A stretch of DNA of 64,000 nucleotides from an uncultured Gammaproteobacteria bacterium (GCA_963830745.1 CAWHNL010000017.1:115764-179763); one strand, 5' to 3'; positions 1 through 11,405 are shown, numbered from the stretch's first letter. The notes: generated from the letters alone by a model not told the origin. Made by a program: numbers and translations.

Positions 1-88
1 AGGCGTTGCGGCCGCCGACCAGCCGGTTGTAGATCGAAACGAAGAACAGTGCGATAGCGATGAGGACGCCGAACACTATCCAGCCCAT
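1..88 (-). CDS. lemA: LemA family protein, 5' part (runs off the window)
   Basis: Manual translation MGWIVFGVLIAIALFFVSIYNRLVGGRNA: N-terminal TM helix followed by the YNxLV..RN LemA signature. Confidence 0.75.
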   Translation of the reverse strand, partial: MGWIVFGVLIAIALFFVSIYNRLVGGRNA

Positions 89-171
89 CTGAGGTGACCT
101 CCAGCTGCGAACCGCCGCAGTTGACGAAGCATACAGAAAGCGCAGGCGCTGCGATCACCGCTGCCGGCGAA

Positions 172-1427
172 TTACCGCCGTGCGCCGGTGAGCCACGCGG
201 CCGGCAAGCCCGCGGCGATCGGCGCCGTCCAGCCACGTATTCACCGCAGATTCGAGCGCGGAGTCTCGCTGCAGCAGGATCGCCTTCTGCGCGACGGTGA
301 ACGTCGCCGACGTCGCACGGCACAGCCGCGCATCGCGGCGGACCTGCAGATCGACTTCCACGTCGTCGGTGACCATCACGTCGGCGCGCCCCTCGGCGAT
401 CTCGGCGAAGATCGTGCGGTTGTCGGCATGCACGATGCGCTTCGCGGCGCCGAGCCGCTCCCGCGCAAACTGTTCGTTGGTGCCGCCCGGATTGACGACG
501 ACGCGCACGCCCGGCCGGTCGATTTCCTCCAGCGTGTCGAAGCTCGTTTGCGTGCCGCAACGAACGATCGGGCGTCTTGCCGCCGCGATGGTAGGGAATC
601 GAGAACGTTGCCTGCGCGGCGCGCGCAGGCGTCACGCTGATGCCGCCGGCAGCGACGTCGAAACGGCCTGCGGCGTAGTCCTGCATCAGCGTCGGCCAGC
701 TCGTCCGGACGAACTGCGGCTGCACCTGCAACTTCGCAGCCAGCGCAAGAGCAAGATCCACGTCCGCGCCGCGCAGCGAACCGCCCTCGTCCACGCTGAA
801 CGGCGCGTAGTCACCTGTCATGCCGATTCGCAGCACCTTGCTCGCGCGAATGCGATTCAACGCCGGCGTCGAGTCAGGCCGCAGCAAGCCAAGCGCGTTC
901 GTCAGTTCGCTGCGGTCCGCGTCGGTGATCCCCGGCGCTTCGACGATCGCTGCATGAGTGCCATAGCGCGCCACGAAGTCGTTGCGCTGAAACTCTGGCA
1001 ACGCCAGATAGATTGCGTGGAGCAGCTCAGCGCCGAGGCGGTCGAGCTGCGGACGCAGCTCGCCGGCAAGGTCGCGGACATCCTGCGGAGCTGCTCCACC
1101 GGAGCGCCAATCGGAGATCCAGGATTCCTGCGCGCGAACCGCAAGCCGGATCTGCAGTGAGAACAGACGGCGGGCCGACGCTGCGTCGATGCCGAGCTCG
1201 CTCGCCTGTCGAACGGTCGCGTCGAGAACCTGTCGCTCGCGCTCGGCATCGACGACCGGCGCATTGCGGGCATGCTTCCAGGCGGCCACGTCTTTCATCA
1301 GACGCAGTCGATCCTGCAGCAATTGGAATACGGCGCGCACGTCCGCATCCGGGTCGGCGAATGCAGGCGCGGCGCCGGCAGGCGCCGTCAGCAGGAACAG
1401 GAAGAGGATAGCTAGCGAGCGGGGCAC
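172..1427 (-). CDS. Exported chorismate mutase (AroQ gamma) - cyclohexadienyl dehydratase (PheC-like SBP fold) fusion, frameshifted in assembly
   Basis: Manual translation from GTG 1427: signal peptide [19 protein letters not shown]; [12 protein letters not shown]...[12 protein letters not shown]...LFSLQIRLA (AroQ gamma); then [45 protein letters not shown] (PheC/CDT). Confidence 0.8.
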
Positions 1428-1446
1428 GGCCCCGCAGCGTACACGC

Positions 1447-1695
1447 TCAGCGCAGCGGCATCACCAGGTCGAGCAGGCGGCTGAGGAGCGAGGGCTTGAA
1501 GCCTTCGACGTGCATCTCGTTGTCCTGGCGCGGCAGCGGAATGTCGCTGAGGTTCAGCCGGATCTCGTCGTCGCCGCTCGCCGCGGCGAATGCGAACTGC
1601 CCCGTGCTGCGGGCGGGCGAAGCTTGAGTCGGGCGCGCAGGCGCGGCCGGGGCCGGGCGTCGAACCTGGGTGGAAGCGGAATGGCCTGCGCTCAT
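1447..1695 (-). CDS. Small hypothetical protein (82 aa)
   Basis: Intact ORF preceded by a GGAG-like RBS; fills the gap upstream of the fusion gene; C-terminal amphipathic SLLSRLLDLVMPLR. Confidence 0.5.
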   Translation of the reverse strand: MSAGHSASTQVRRPAPAAPARPTQASPARSTGQFAFAAASGDDEIRLNLSDIPLPRQDNEMHVEGFKPSLLSRLLDLVMPLR

Positions 1696-1867
1696 CGAGC
1701 TCTCCGTCGGTGTAGGGTGGAACAGTCGGCGCGGAACAGACTAGAGGAACGGCGGCAGTCGTCGCGTGCGCTGCTTCACGTTCGAACGACGCAGCGGCTT
1801 GATCCGACCGCTGCAGCAGTGATCGAATGACGCGCCTCTCAGTGGAAATCGCAATCTCATCGCCGCA

Positions 1868-2349
1868 ATGAACCTTATGTTCAGCACTTGTCGCAGCCTG
1901 CAGACGGGCTTGATTCTGCTCGCACTCGGTGCTTGCTCGAAGGAACCTGCGCCGCCGCAGATCGCGCCGCTCGCACCTGCAGCGACGCCTGCGCAAGAGT
2001 CATCCGCGAACATGCGCGAAGGTGAGCAGCCACATCACCGCAGCGGGAATTGCTGCGACGTACGACGCGACATTCGAGCAAGGAGAACGGCTGCGCATCG
2101 CGGAGCAGCGCGGCGATTCGCGCAACGGCGAGTACGAGTTTCGCGGCGCGCGGCTGCTGCATTACTCCGGCAGCGGATTGTCGAGCGCGGCGCCGGTCGA
2201 GCTCCGCTTCGATCTGCAGGGCGCGCTGGAGCTGGCGAAGTCGGCCAGTGGCACCGTGCCGCCGGAAGAAATCAGCGCGATTCGCGAGCGCGCGCAGTTA
2301 CTGCGCAGTCATGCGCTCGCGCAAAAGAACAACTCACGACCATTACTGA
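1868..2349 (+). CDS. Hypothetical lipoprotein (frameshifted)
   Basis: Lipobox LALGA-C, Pro/Ala linker, then a globular part in another frame (YEFRGARLLHYSG...VELRFDLQG...IRERAQLL). Confidence 0.55.
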
Positions 2350-2358
2350 AGAGTCAGG

Positions 2359-3705
2359 CTACCGCGCGGGCAGCGCGATCTCGACGCGCAGACCATCGGG
2401 CGTGTTGCGCGCCTGCACGTTGCCGCCGTAGAGCGACACGATGCGCGCCGTGATCGCCAGGCCCAGGCCGGTGCCGCCGGAATCGCGGTCGCGCGACTCT
2501 GCGACTCGATAGAACGGCTCGAAGATGCGCTGCAGGTCGGGCTCCGGCACGCCCGGCCCGCGATCGTCGATGACGATCGAGACCTGCGGCCCGGCGCGAT
2601 CCGCACGCACCCTCACTGCCGAAGACGGCTTGGTAAAGCGCACGGCGTTGCGCAGCACGTTCTCGATCGCGCTGCGCAGCAGTCCGTGATCGCCTTCGAC
2701 GATCATCGCTTCGCCGGGCGATGACCAGTCGACGGACTTCTCGGCCGCACCCGCCTCCAACCGCGCGTCCTCGATGATCTCGTTCATCAGGGTCGTCAGA
2801 TCCAGCGGCTCGCGCGGCAACGTCGGCACCGCGCGCAGGTGCGACAGCTGCAGGATCTGCCCGATCAACGTATCGAGGCGCTCCGCTTCCAGCTCGATGC
2901 GATCGAGCTGACGCGAGACGTCGGCGCCCGGCCGTCGCGCCAGGTCGGTCGCGACGCGCAGGCGCGCAAGCGGCGAGCGCAGCTCGTGCGACATCGCGCG
3001 CAGCAGGTTCTCCTTCGACGCGATCAGGTTGCGCACGTGATCGGCCATGGTGTCGAAATCGCGCGCCAGCACGCCCAGCTCGTCGCGACGCCGCGAGAAC
3101 TCCTGACCGACGCGCGCCTCCATGTTGCCTGCGGCGAGCGAGCGAGCGCTCGACTGCAGACGCTCGACGGGCTTGCTCAGATAGCGGGCCAGCAACCAGC
3201 ACACGAGGCCGCTCAACAGCAGCGCGGACGCGAGCAGCACGATGCGCACGTCGGGCGCGAACAGCAGATTGCTCCAGATCGGCGGGCTCACCATGATCGT
3301 GTACACGGTGCCGTCGCGATCGGTGAACAGCGGCGTCAGCAGCAGCGGATCGTCGCGACGGCTCGGGATCAGCTCCTTGCCGAGGAAGCCGGCGTCGCGC
3401 AGCCGCCCGATGTAGTTGCGATACGTCGTCGGCAGCTTGCGCTTGCGCAGATCGTCGCCGCTCTGGTCGACGATGAAGATGCGCCGGTCGCGATAGCGGT
3501 GCTCGGCCTCGTCGATCCAGTCCTGCAGCGCCGGCAGGCCGCCGACCAGCAGGCGCGCCGAGGCTTCGTTCGCCAGCGCCTTGATGTCGATGCTGATGCT
3601 CTGCACCTGATTGAAGCGATACCACGCGACCGCCGCGGTCGCCGACAGCACCAGCAGCATCGCCGCCCAGAACGACAGGAAGATGCGCAGGAAGAGCGAT
3701 CTCAT
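2359..3705 (-). CDS. Sensor histidine kinase, CpxA-like (2 TM, HAMP, HisKA, HATPase)
   Basis: MRSLFLRIFLSFW start; SHELRSPLARL H-box; ENVLRNA N-box; DRGPG, FEPFYR, GTGLGLAI. Confidence 0.9.
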   Translation of the reverse strand: MRSLFLRIFLSFWAAMLLVLSATAAVAWYRFNQVQSISIDIKALANEASARLLVGGLPALQDWIDEAEHRYRDRRIFIVDQSGDDLRKRKLPTTYRNYIGRLRDAGFLGKELIPSRRDDPLLLTPLFTDRDGTVYTIMVSPPIWSNLLFAPDVRIVLLASALLLSGLVCWLLARYLSKPVERLQSSARSLAAGNMEARVGQEFSRRRDELGVLARDFDTMADHVRNLIASKENLLRAMSHELRSPLARLRVATDLARRPGADVSRQLDRIELEAERLDTLIGQILQLSHLRAVPTLPREPLDLTTLMNEIIEDARLEAGAAEKSVDWSSPGEAMIVEGDHGLLRSAIENVLRNAVRFTKPSSAVRVRADRAGPQVSIVIDDRGPGVPEPDLQRIFEPFYRVAESRDRDSGGTGLGLAITARIVSLYGGNVQARNTPDGLRVEIALPAR

Positions 3706-4441
3706 GCGGACGACTCTCACGCGGGTCCGCGCGCGCCTCGCTGCTGGCGATCAGCACGTAGCCGGCGCCGCGGATGCTGCGGATCTCGGGCAGGCCGTTC
3801 TCGCCGAGGCCGAGCTTGCGCCGCAGGTTGCTGACGTGCGTGTCGATGCTGCGATCGTAGGGCGTGAGCCGGCGCCCGAGCACACGCTCGGTCAGCGACT
3901 CGCGCGACTGCACCTGTCCGACGGCGCGCATCAACACTTCGAGCAGGCGCAGCTCGGTGCCGGTGAGGCGCACCGATTGACCGGAGAGCGTGACTTCGAA
4001 CGTCGCCGGGTCGAGCCGCAGCGGCCCGACGCTGACCGGGTGCGCAGGCATGTCGGTGTCGCGCGGCGAGAACCGGCGCAGCACGGCGCGCACACGCGCG
4101 ACCAGCTCGCGCGGATTGAACGGCTTCGACAGGTAGTCGTCGGCGCCCAGCTCGAGACCGACGATGCGGTCGACGTCGGCGCCATGCGCCGTCAGCATGA
4201 TGACCGGCACCGACAGACTGTGGCGCAGCCGGCGCAGCACCTCGAAGCCGCTGAGCGAGGGCAGCATCACGTCGAGGATCACCAGATCGAAAGGATGCGA
4301 TTGCTCCGTGAGCTTCTCGAGCGCCTCGGCGCCGTCGCGCAACAGCGTCACCTGGAACCCCTCGCCGGTCAGGTATTCCGTGAGCATCTGGCCGAGCTCG
4401 CGGTCGTCGTCGACGATCAGCAGGGAGGCTGGCAGGGTCAT
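3702..4441 (-). CDS. OmpR-family response regulator, CpxR-like
   Basis: LLIVDDD, LDVMLP, MLTA, GADDYLSKPFNPREL, DRSIDTHVSNLRRKL, IRSIRGAGY; stop region frameshifted. Confidence 0.9.
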
Positions 4442-4507
4442 GGTCGCAAGTCCGCTTTTTCCGCTGGTGTCGGCCGGTGAACATCGCACAGGGGTATCGC
4501 AGCAGCT

Positions 4508-4523
4508 GCCAAGTTTCGTCAAG
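4508..4523. promoter_or_regulatory. Candidate OmpR/CpxR-type tandem binding box
   Basis: GCCAAG-TTTC-GTCAAG, a 10-bp-period direct repeat resembling GTAAA-N5-GTAAA, in the divergent intergenic region. Confidence 0.35.
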
Positions 4524-4664
4524 TGTGCGCGAGCGCGCAACGTGGCGGTGCGGAATTCACCGGCAGTTGCCGTGCAATCCGGGCGGTTTCCCGGAACACC
4601 CTGCGCGCGCTCGGCGTTTTTCTCAGGAGCGCGGCGCTCCGCGCTTCGAGACGGAGGAGACGAC

Positions 4665-4922
4665 ATGACCAGATTCCTAGCTTTGATCGCTGCCACGCTG
4701 CTTGCCTTCGCCGCACAGGCCGGCGACGACAAGGACAAGTCGCACGACACCGGCATGAAGTCGACGGCGACGTTCGACGCGCTCGACAAGAATGCCGACT
4801 CGCAGATCAGCAAGACGGAAGCCTCGGCCGACAGCAAGCTGTCGGACAGCTTCGCCGCGCTGGATACCAACGGCGACGGCTACCTGAGCAAGTCGGAGTT
4901 CATGGCGCGCAGCAAGACCTAG
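4665..4922 (+). CDS. Secreted EF-hand domain protein (85 aa)
   Basis: GGAGGAG RBS; signal peptide MTRFLALIAATLLAFAAQA; two EF-hand loops DKNADSQISKTE and DTNGDGYLSKSE. Confidence 0.85.
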   Translation: MTRFLALIAATLLAFAAQAGDDKDKSHDTGMKSTATFDALDKNADSQISKTEASADSKLSDSFAALDTNGDGYLSKSEFMARSKT

Positions 4923-4952
4923 CCTGCCCGCCCGTCAGTCAGAGGAGTTTGC

Positions 4953-4992
4953 AAGAAAGCTCCGCGGCAGCGATGCCGCGGAGCTTCTTTTT
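4953..4992 (+). terminator. Rho-independent terminator
   Basis: AAGCTCCGCGGCA-GCGA-TGCCGCGGAGCTT stem-loop followed by CTTTTT. Confidence 0.85.
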
Positions 4993-5006
4993 GGCACCAT
5001 GCAGCC

Positions 5007-5329
5007 ATGCCCGTCCCCTGGTTACAGATCGTCCAGCTGGTCCCGTCGATCCTCGACGTGTCGCGCGAGCTGATGAAGCGCACGAAGCAGACGCCGCCGG
5101 CTGCGCAGCTGCCCGTTTCGCACAGCTATGACGAGCTCGCTGCGCGCGTGGCCAGCCTGGAGGAAAACGAGCGGCGCCAGGCCGAGCTGGTGGCGCAGAT
5201 GGCGGAGCAGCTCGCGGGAGTCGCACGCGCGGTCACGGACCTGCATCGACGCGTGCTGTGGCTCACGCGCCGCCGCGATCGCGCCTCGCGGTGACTGCCT
5301 GGCGGCCGTAGCCGCCCTCGGTCGACTAG
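5007..5329 (+). CDS. Hypothetical coiled-coil membrane protein
   Basis: MPVPWLQIVQLVPSIL...ELAARVASLEENERRQAELVAQMAEQL coiled coil; hydrophobic C-terminus appears frameshifted. Confidence 0.6.
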
Positions 5330-5334
5330 CCCTT

Positions 5335-6144
5335 CTAGCGCGCCGCCGCCTGATACAGCGGCAACACGCGCGGCACCAGCGCTTCCAGATCGCGGATGCG
5401 CGACTCACCCGAAGGATGCGTGCTGAGGAACTCCGGCGGCCCGCCGCTGCTCGAGCTTCCCCATCTTCTGCCACAGCGAGACCGCTGCGTTCGGGTCGTA
5501 GCCGGCGCGCGCCATGAGCTCCAGCCCGATGCGATCGGCCTCGGCTTCCTGCTCGCGGCTGTGCGGCAGCTGGAACGTCACCGCAGAAACCTGGCTCGCG
5601 AGCTGCATCGTCGCTTCGCTCGCGCCGGTCGCGACGGCAATGCCGGCCAGCGCAAGCTGTTCCGCATAGGCGCGCGAAATGCGTTCGCGCGAATGCTCGC
5701 GCAACGCGTGCGCGATCTCGTGGCCGATCACTGCGGCGAGCTCGGCATCGGTCGCGTGCAGCTGCTCGATCAGCCCCGTGTAGACCATGATCTTGCCGCC
5801 GGGCATGCAGTACGCGTTCACGTCGTCCGTCGTCTGCACGTTCACTTCCCATTTCCACTGCGGTGCATCCGGGCGGAACGTGCCGGTCTGCGGGATGAGC
5901 CGGCGCGTGATGTTCTGCACGCGCTGGTACGTCTGCTGATCGGTATTCAGCGCGCCGCTTGTCTTTGGCCTTGTCCAGCTCCTGGCGATACGCCACCTCG
6001 GCGCCCTTCTCGATCTCCTGCTCGGACACCAGCATGTGCTGCTTGCGATCGACGCCGACCGCGCCCGGCTGCGTCGTCTGCACGGTCTGGCACGCGGCCG
6101 CGAGCAACGCTGCACCGAGCGATGAAAAAGCTGCGAATGCGCAT
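5335..6144 (-). CDS. M48 family Zn metallopeptidase lipoprotein (LoiP-like)
   Basis: Lipobox LAAAC; NAYCMPGGKIMVYTG; HEIAH zinc motif; SREQEAEADRIG; frameshifts. Confidence 0.9.
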
Positions 6145-6205
6145 GTAGGCAACTCCGTGACGCGTCTGTAGCGGGAACGCGCACGCAATTGGGGAGTTCC
6201 GGCGG

Positions 6206-6772
6206 TCAGTCGCGTCGGCCTTCGGCCTTGGGCGCCTCGGGATTGCCTTGGGTGATGTAGCGCGTCAGCCGCTTGAGCTGGCCGCCGAGCACCTCATCGA
6301 CGATCGGCGCCCAGTCGGCGAGCGGCCGGTCGGCGAAGCCGCCGACGTTGTAGGTCAGCGTGATCCGCGAGCCGCCGCCGGCCGGCTCGATGTGCCAGGT
6401 CATCACGCCGCTGACGCCGAACTCCTGCAGCGGCCCGAGCGCGCCGCTCAGGCGCAGCGTTTTCGCCGGCTGCGCATAGATCACGGTGGCGTGCTCGATG
6501 CCGGCGTACAGGCTGAGCTTCTCGCAGAAGCAGCCGCGCACGAACGGCTCGAGCGTGAGATTGCGCGAGTCGCCGGAATAGGTGTGCTCCGGATCCCACC
6601 ACTTGCCGATGTCGGCGAGCGACGCCCACACGACCGGCGCCGGGTTCGGCACTTCCGCGACGTGGCGCAGGTTGAAGCCGGACGGGCCCCGCGCTGACGA
6701 TCTCCGCGCGGGCTTGCGCACGCGCACGCCAGCGCCGACGACGATGACGATGACGATGAAGCCGAAGCGCAT
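6206..6772 (-). CDS. SRPBCC (START-like) family protein with signal peptide
   Basis: [20 protein letters not shown]...GCFCE...[11 protein letters not shown]...[12 protein letters not shown]. Confidence 0.8.
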   Translation of the reverse strand: MRFGFIVIVIVVGAGVRVRKPARRSSARGPSGFNLRHVAEVPNPAPVVWASLADIGKWWDPEHTYSGDSRNLTLEPFVRGCFCEKLSLYAGIEHATVIYAQPAKTLRLSGALGPLQEFGVSGVMTWHIEPAGGGSRITLTYNVGGFADRPLADWAPIVDEVLGGQLKRLTRYITQGNPEAPKAEGRRD

Positions 6773-6884
6773 TGCTGGTTCTCCCCGCCGGTCTTGCGCG
6801 CATGGTAGTCCGACTCGCCGGAATTGGGCAGCCGGTGCGGTTATAGTGCGCGAGATCGGTCCACGACTCCGAGAGGACACCGCA

Positions 6885-7516
6885 ATGGCGCGAGTGAGCG
6901 CGACCAGGACGCGGGCGGCGCGGCGCGCCCCCGCAAGTCGGACAAGTAACCAGCAACAAGCCGAGCAAGCCGTGCGCGTGCTGCTGCGATGGGCGGGCGA
7001 GGAGCCGGAGCGCGAAGGGCTGCGCGACACGCCGACGCGCGTCGTGCGCGCCTATCGGGACTGGTTTTCCGGCTACCTCAGCGATCCGGCCGACTACCTG
7101 CGCCGCACGTTCGAAGAAGTCGAAGGCTACGACGAGATGATCGTGCTGCGCGGGATCGAGTTCGAGTCGCATTGCGAGCATCACATGGCGCCGATCATCG
7201 GCCGCGCGCACGTCGGCTACCTGCCCACCAACAAGGTCGTCGGCATCAGCAAGCTGGCGCGCGTCGTCGACGGTTACGCCCGCCGCTTCCAGGTGCAGGA
7301 GAAACTCACGGCGCAGATCGCACAATGCATCGACAGCGTGCTGCGGCCACGCGGCGTCGGCGTCGTGATCGATGCAGTTCATCAATGCATGACCACGCGC
7401 GGCGTGCACAAGCGCGGCGTCTCGATGGTCACCAGCAAGATGCTCGGCGCCTTCCGCGAGGACGCGCGCACCCGCGCCGAGTTCCTGCGCTTCGTCGACG
7501 GCAACGGTCGTCCTGA
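6885..7516 (+). CDS. folE: GTP cyclohydrolase I
   Basis: [52 protein letters not shown]; stop frameshifted. Confidence 0.95.
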
Positions 7517-7752
7517 GCCGCTTCGTCGACGGTCACTTAACAGTTGCATCGGGCAGTCCCCGAAATGGCGGGCTCGCGGCAGTCGCAGGCACGCGGCGAG
7601 TGTGATCGCACGTCTCATTGCGGGCAGGGCCGCTGGCCCTAGCATCGAGGCCGATTCGCAGGAGTCCGCCTTGTCTCGCCAGGCCTCGTCTCATTGGGAA
7701 TGCCGCCGTGCCCGCGCGCGCCGAACAGATACCGACCGACAGTCGCGCCATC

Positions 7753-8431
7753 GTGATCGCGCGCGCCGAACACATTCATATCGAAGCCGAGCCCGACACC
7801 GTCGCCGCGCCGACGCCGCATCGCCGCCGCAAGGTGCGCTCGAGCTACGTGCTCAAGAGCCGGCTGCGCGGCTGCGAAACCGAAGTCGTCGATTCTCGAA
7901 GATCACTTCATCGCCGTGCGCACCGTGCGCCCGGACGCGCAGCCGCGCAAGTACGAAGTCGATCTGCGCTTCGCCAATCCGAAGCCGGTGCGCGTGCGCT
8001 CGATCTCGTGGTTCTGGCTGACGCTCGCCGCGTGCCTGGCGCTGCTCGCTGCCGGCGGGCTGTGGGCAACGTGGACGGACGCCGCGCGCTGGTCGAGCCC
8101 GATCTTCCTGACCGCGCTCGTGACGCTGCTCGCCGCGGGCGGCGCGACGATCATGTTCCTGCGCCGTACCGTCGAATCGCTGGAATTCGTCAGCGTGCAC
8201 GGCGGCGCGACGCTGGTGAGCGTGGCCGGCGGCATCGGCAGCGCGCGCGCCGGCAAGCGCTTCTTCATCGAGCTGATCAAGAGCATCAACGCCGCGAAGG
8301 CGGCGCGTCCGCAGGAGCGGCCGCAGTTCCTGCGCGATGAAATGCGCGAGCACCATCGGCTGCGCGAGCTGGGCGTGCTGAGCGAAGAGCAGTACGAGCA
8401 GAGCAAGGCGCGGATCCTGGCCAGCCACTAG
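7753..8431 (+). CDS. Hypothetical 2-TM membrane protein with C-terminal SHOCT-like helix pair
   Basis: Two hydrophobic helices; C-terminus [21 protein letters not shown] matches the SHOCT pattern; start uncertain. Confidence 0.6.
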
Positions 8432-9203
8432 TCGGCGCAGCCCGTCGCGAACTTCTCCACGTCGATCACTGCCTTCACCGGCAGATGATCCGACGCGCGC
8501 CGCGACAGCGGCGTGCGATGCACTTCGATCGATGTCATCGCTCCGACCGGCCGCACCCAGATGCGCGTCAGCGCCAGGAACGGCGCGAACGACGGAAACG
8601 CCGCCGGCGCGAGCGGCTCACCCAGGATGCTGATGCGCGTCGCGCAGCGTCGCGGAAGACGGCAACCACTCGTTCATGTCGCCGAGCACGACCGTCGGCA
8701 GCTCCGCGCGGCGCGGCCGCGACCGCCTTCAGCAGGTGCCGCCATTGCGCGCGCCGCTCCGAGCGGCTCAGGCCGAGATGCGTCGCGATGACGCGCAGCT
8801 TGTGATCGCCGAGATCGAGCTGCACATCGAGCGCGCCGCGCGGCTCGAACCACGAATAGCTCAGGTCGTGGCGATGCACGCTGACGATCGGCAGGCGCGT
8901 CAGCAGCGCGTTGCCGTACTCGCCGCTGTGACGCACGATGCGCAGCCCCGGTACCGCCGCCATCTCCAGCGCGCGCGACAGGTACTCGAGCTGCATCGAG
9001 TCCTCGCCGTCGCCCTGCTCGTTGTCGACTTCCTGCAGCGCGTAGATGTCGCAGTCGAGCTCTTTGAGCACCGCCGCGATGCGCGACGGCGCGCGGCGTC
9101 GATCCCAGCCGACGCAGCTGTGAACGTTGTACGAGCCGATCGCGACGCGCCGCAGGCCGCTGTCGCTGCGGCGGCTCGCGTCGCCGTCAACTCGCGCGTC
9201 CAC
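8428..9203 (-). CDS. Endonuclease/exonuclease/phosphatase family protein (YbhP-like)
   Basis: SYNVHSC, ALQEVD, YGNALLT, RGAL, ATHLGL, terminal SDHLPV. Confidence 0.88.
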
Positions 9204-11405
9204 CTGCGCCTCGTTGCGAGGACGACGGCGCAGATGCAACGAGCCAGCGCCGCACCAGCCAGGTGGCGATGCCGAGAACCAGCAGCACGAGCGCGATCAG
9301 CCAGTAGTTGATCCGGCTCGGATCTTCGAGCCAGACCTGCAGCTGATCGCCGAACACGGTCGAGGTGAGCGTGCCGGGCAACATGCCCAGCGCCGTGCCG
9401 ATCATGAAGTCCGAGAGCTTGACGCGCGCCGCGCCCGCGACGACGCCTTCGACGAGGAACGGCGCGATCGGCACCAGCCGCAACGCGGTCATCGCGAGCA
9501 GTCCGCGCCGACGCAGCACCTGCAGGATGCCGTTGAGCTTGCGTGCCGGCGATGCGCCGCACGGTGTTGCGGTCCATCTTCTTGCCGAGCACGAAGCTCA
9601 CCCATGCGGACAGCTCGATGCCGAGCATCGCGTAGACGAACCCCATGCATCGGACCGAACGCGATGACCGCGAACAGCGTGAGGAGCGGTCGCGGAAACA
9701 GCGTGAACGCGACCGGCGTGTAGAGCGAGGATCGTGAGGATCGGCACCCACCACTCGTCGCCGGCGCGGCGCGCCCAGCCGGTGATGTGGTTGCCGTCGA
9801 GGAATGTGCGCCAGCGGCGTGTATTTCCACAGCGCCGTCAGCGCCACGCAGACGAGCGCGAACATCGCGATCTTGCCCCACGCGGGCGAGCGCGGGCCGT
9901 CGGCCGCGGTCTCGTCGTCGGAGCTCAGCAGCTTCGCGAGGTCGCTCAGCCCACCGGCTTCTCCGGATCGGCGACGCTCACGACGCTCAGCATGGCTGGC
10001 GAAACCTGCGGCAGATCCGCGAGCGGCTTGAGCGTGCGCTCGTTGCGCTGCAGCAGTCGTCGATCGCGCCGCGCAGCGAGCCCGTGCGCTCGATCGTCTC
10101 GCGCACGCGCGCCGGCTCGAAGCCGAGATGCTCGCCGAGCAGCTGCGCGCGCAGGTCGCGGATCGCGTTGCGCACGTCGTCGCGACCGAGCGCCTCGATC
10201 GTCAGGTCGCACTCGGTGTCGAGCCCCATCGAGCGGTTCGCGAGGTTCGCCGAGCCGATGCGCACGATCTCGTCGTCGACGACCATCATCTTGGAATGCA
10301 CGTCGATGCACGTGCCGCTCTTCAGCCCGTCGATGAACGGATAGTAGACGCGGAAGCGATCGTGCACGTCCGCGGCGCGCAGCCGCTCGATCAGCTTCGT
10401 GCGCAGCGTCTGCATCGTCAGCTCTTCGAGCCAGCCGTGGCTCAGCTCGCGCAGCACGACGACGACTTCCGGCCCGTCGGGCTCGCTGAGCCGCGCGGCC
10501 AGCGCATCGCCGACCTTGTCCGCCGTGAAGTACTGATTCTCGATGTAGATGGAGTGGCGCGCGGCGGCGATCATGTCGAGATACAGCGCTTCCACTTCGC
10601 GCACACCGGCGATCGCCGTTGACGGGCGGCGCGGTGCGCGAGATGCCGACGGCGACGTCGCGCAGCGGATTGTCGATGGATGGCGGCCAGGCAGTGCCTG
10701 CCGGGTGCGGACCGGCACGGCGGAACATGCTCTTCTTCGTCCACGGCGGATCGAGCGTTTCGTGCGTGGCACTGACGCCAGCGCTCGCGCAACAGATCGC
10801 CCAGCGCGCGCGCCGCCGGACCTTCGACCGCCATCATCATGTCGTGGAACGGCGGGTACGGCGCGCCGGCCATCACGCGGTGCTGGTTCTGCGGCGCGTG
10901 CTCGCACGTGTCCCAGCGGCGCGACGTCAGATCGATGCCGCCGCTGAACGCGACCGCGTCGTCGACGACCACGATCTTCTGATGATGCGAGCCGCCGGTC
11001 GGATGCGTGTTGTCGTAGCGAAAGCAGATCCGGCGGTGCGGCTTCCACGACAGGCCATACAGCGGCGCCCACTCGCGGTCGAGCCCGAAGATCATCGGGT
11101 AATCCCAGATCAGGATGTGGACCTGCAGCTCGCGGCGGCGGCGCACCAGGTCGTTGAGAAAGTGGCCGAGCTCCAGCTCGCAGTCCTTGCCGTCCGCGCA
11201 CAGCAGGCGCGTGCGGCTGTGGAAATCCCAGCCGGCGATCAGGATCGAGCGCTGCGCGTGGCGCGCGGCCTCGACGAACGCCTTGAAGTACGCGTCCGCA
11301 TCGACCAGGAACGCCCGCCCGCGAGGCGTGCTCGATGCGCCAGCAATTACGACCGACCGCGAGCAGACCCGTGTGCTCGCGCCTTTCCAGTTTTTCCGCC
11401 GCCAT
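9187..11405 (-). CDS. Phospholipase D (two HKD motifs) fused to a C-terminal DedA/VTT (SNARE-associated) domain
   Basis: HHQKIVVVDD and HSKMMVVDD HKD motifs, IENQY, GSANLANRS; C-terminal LRLVPIAPF...GTALGMLPG DedA motif; frameshifts. Confidence 0.88.

Noticed and set aside
2354-4870. 838-aa ORF that looks like a giant response-regulator fusion
   Set aside because: Artefact: the antisense of the EF-hand gene joined to the real regulator, with read-through caused by an indel near its stop.
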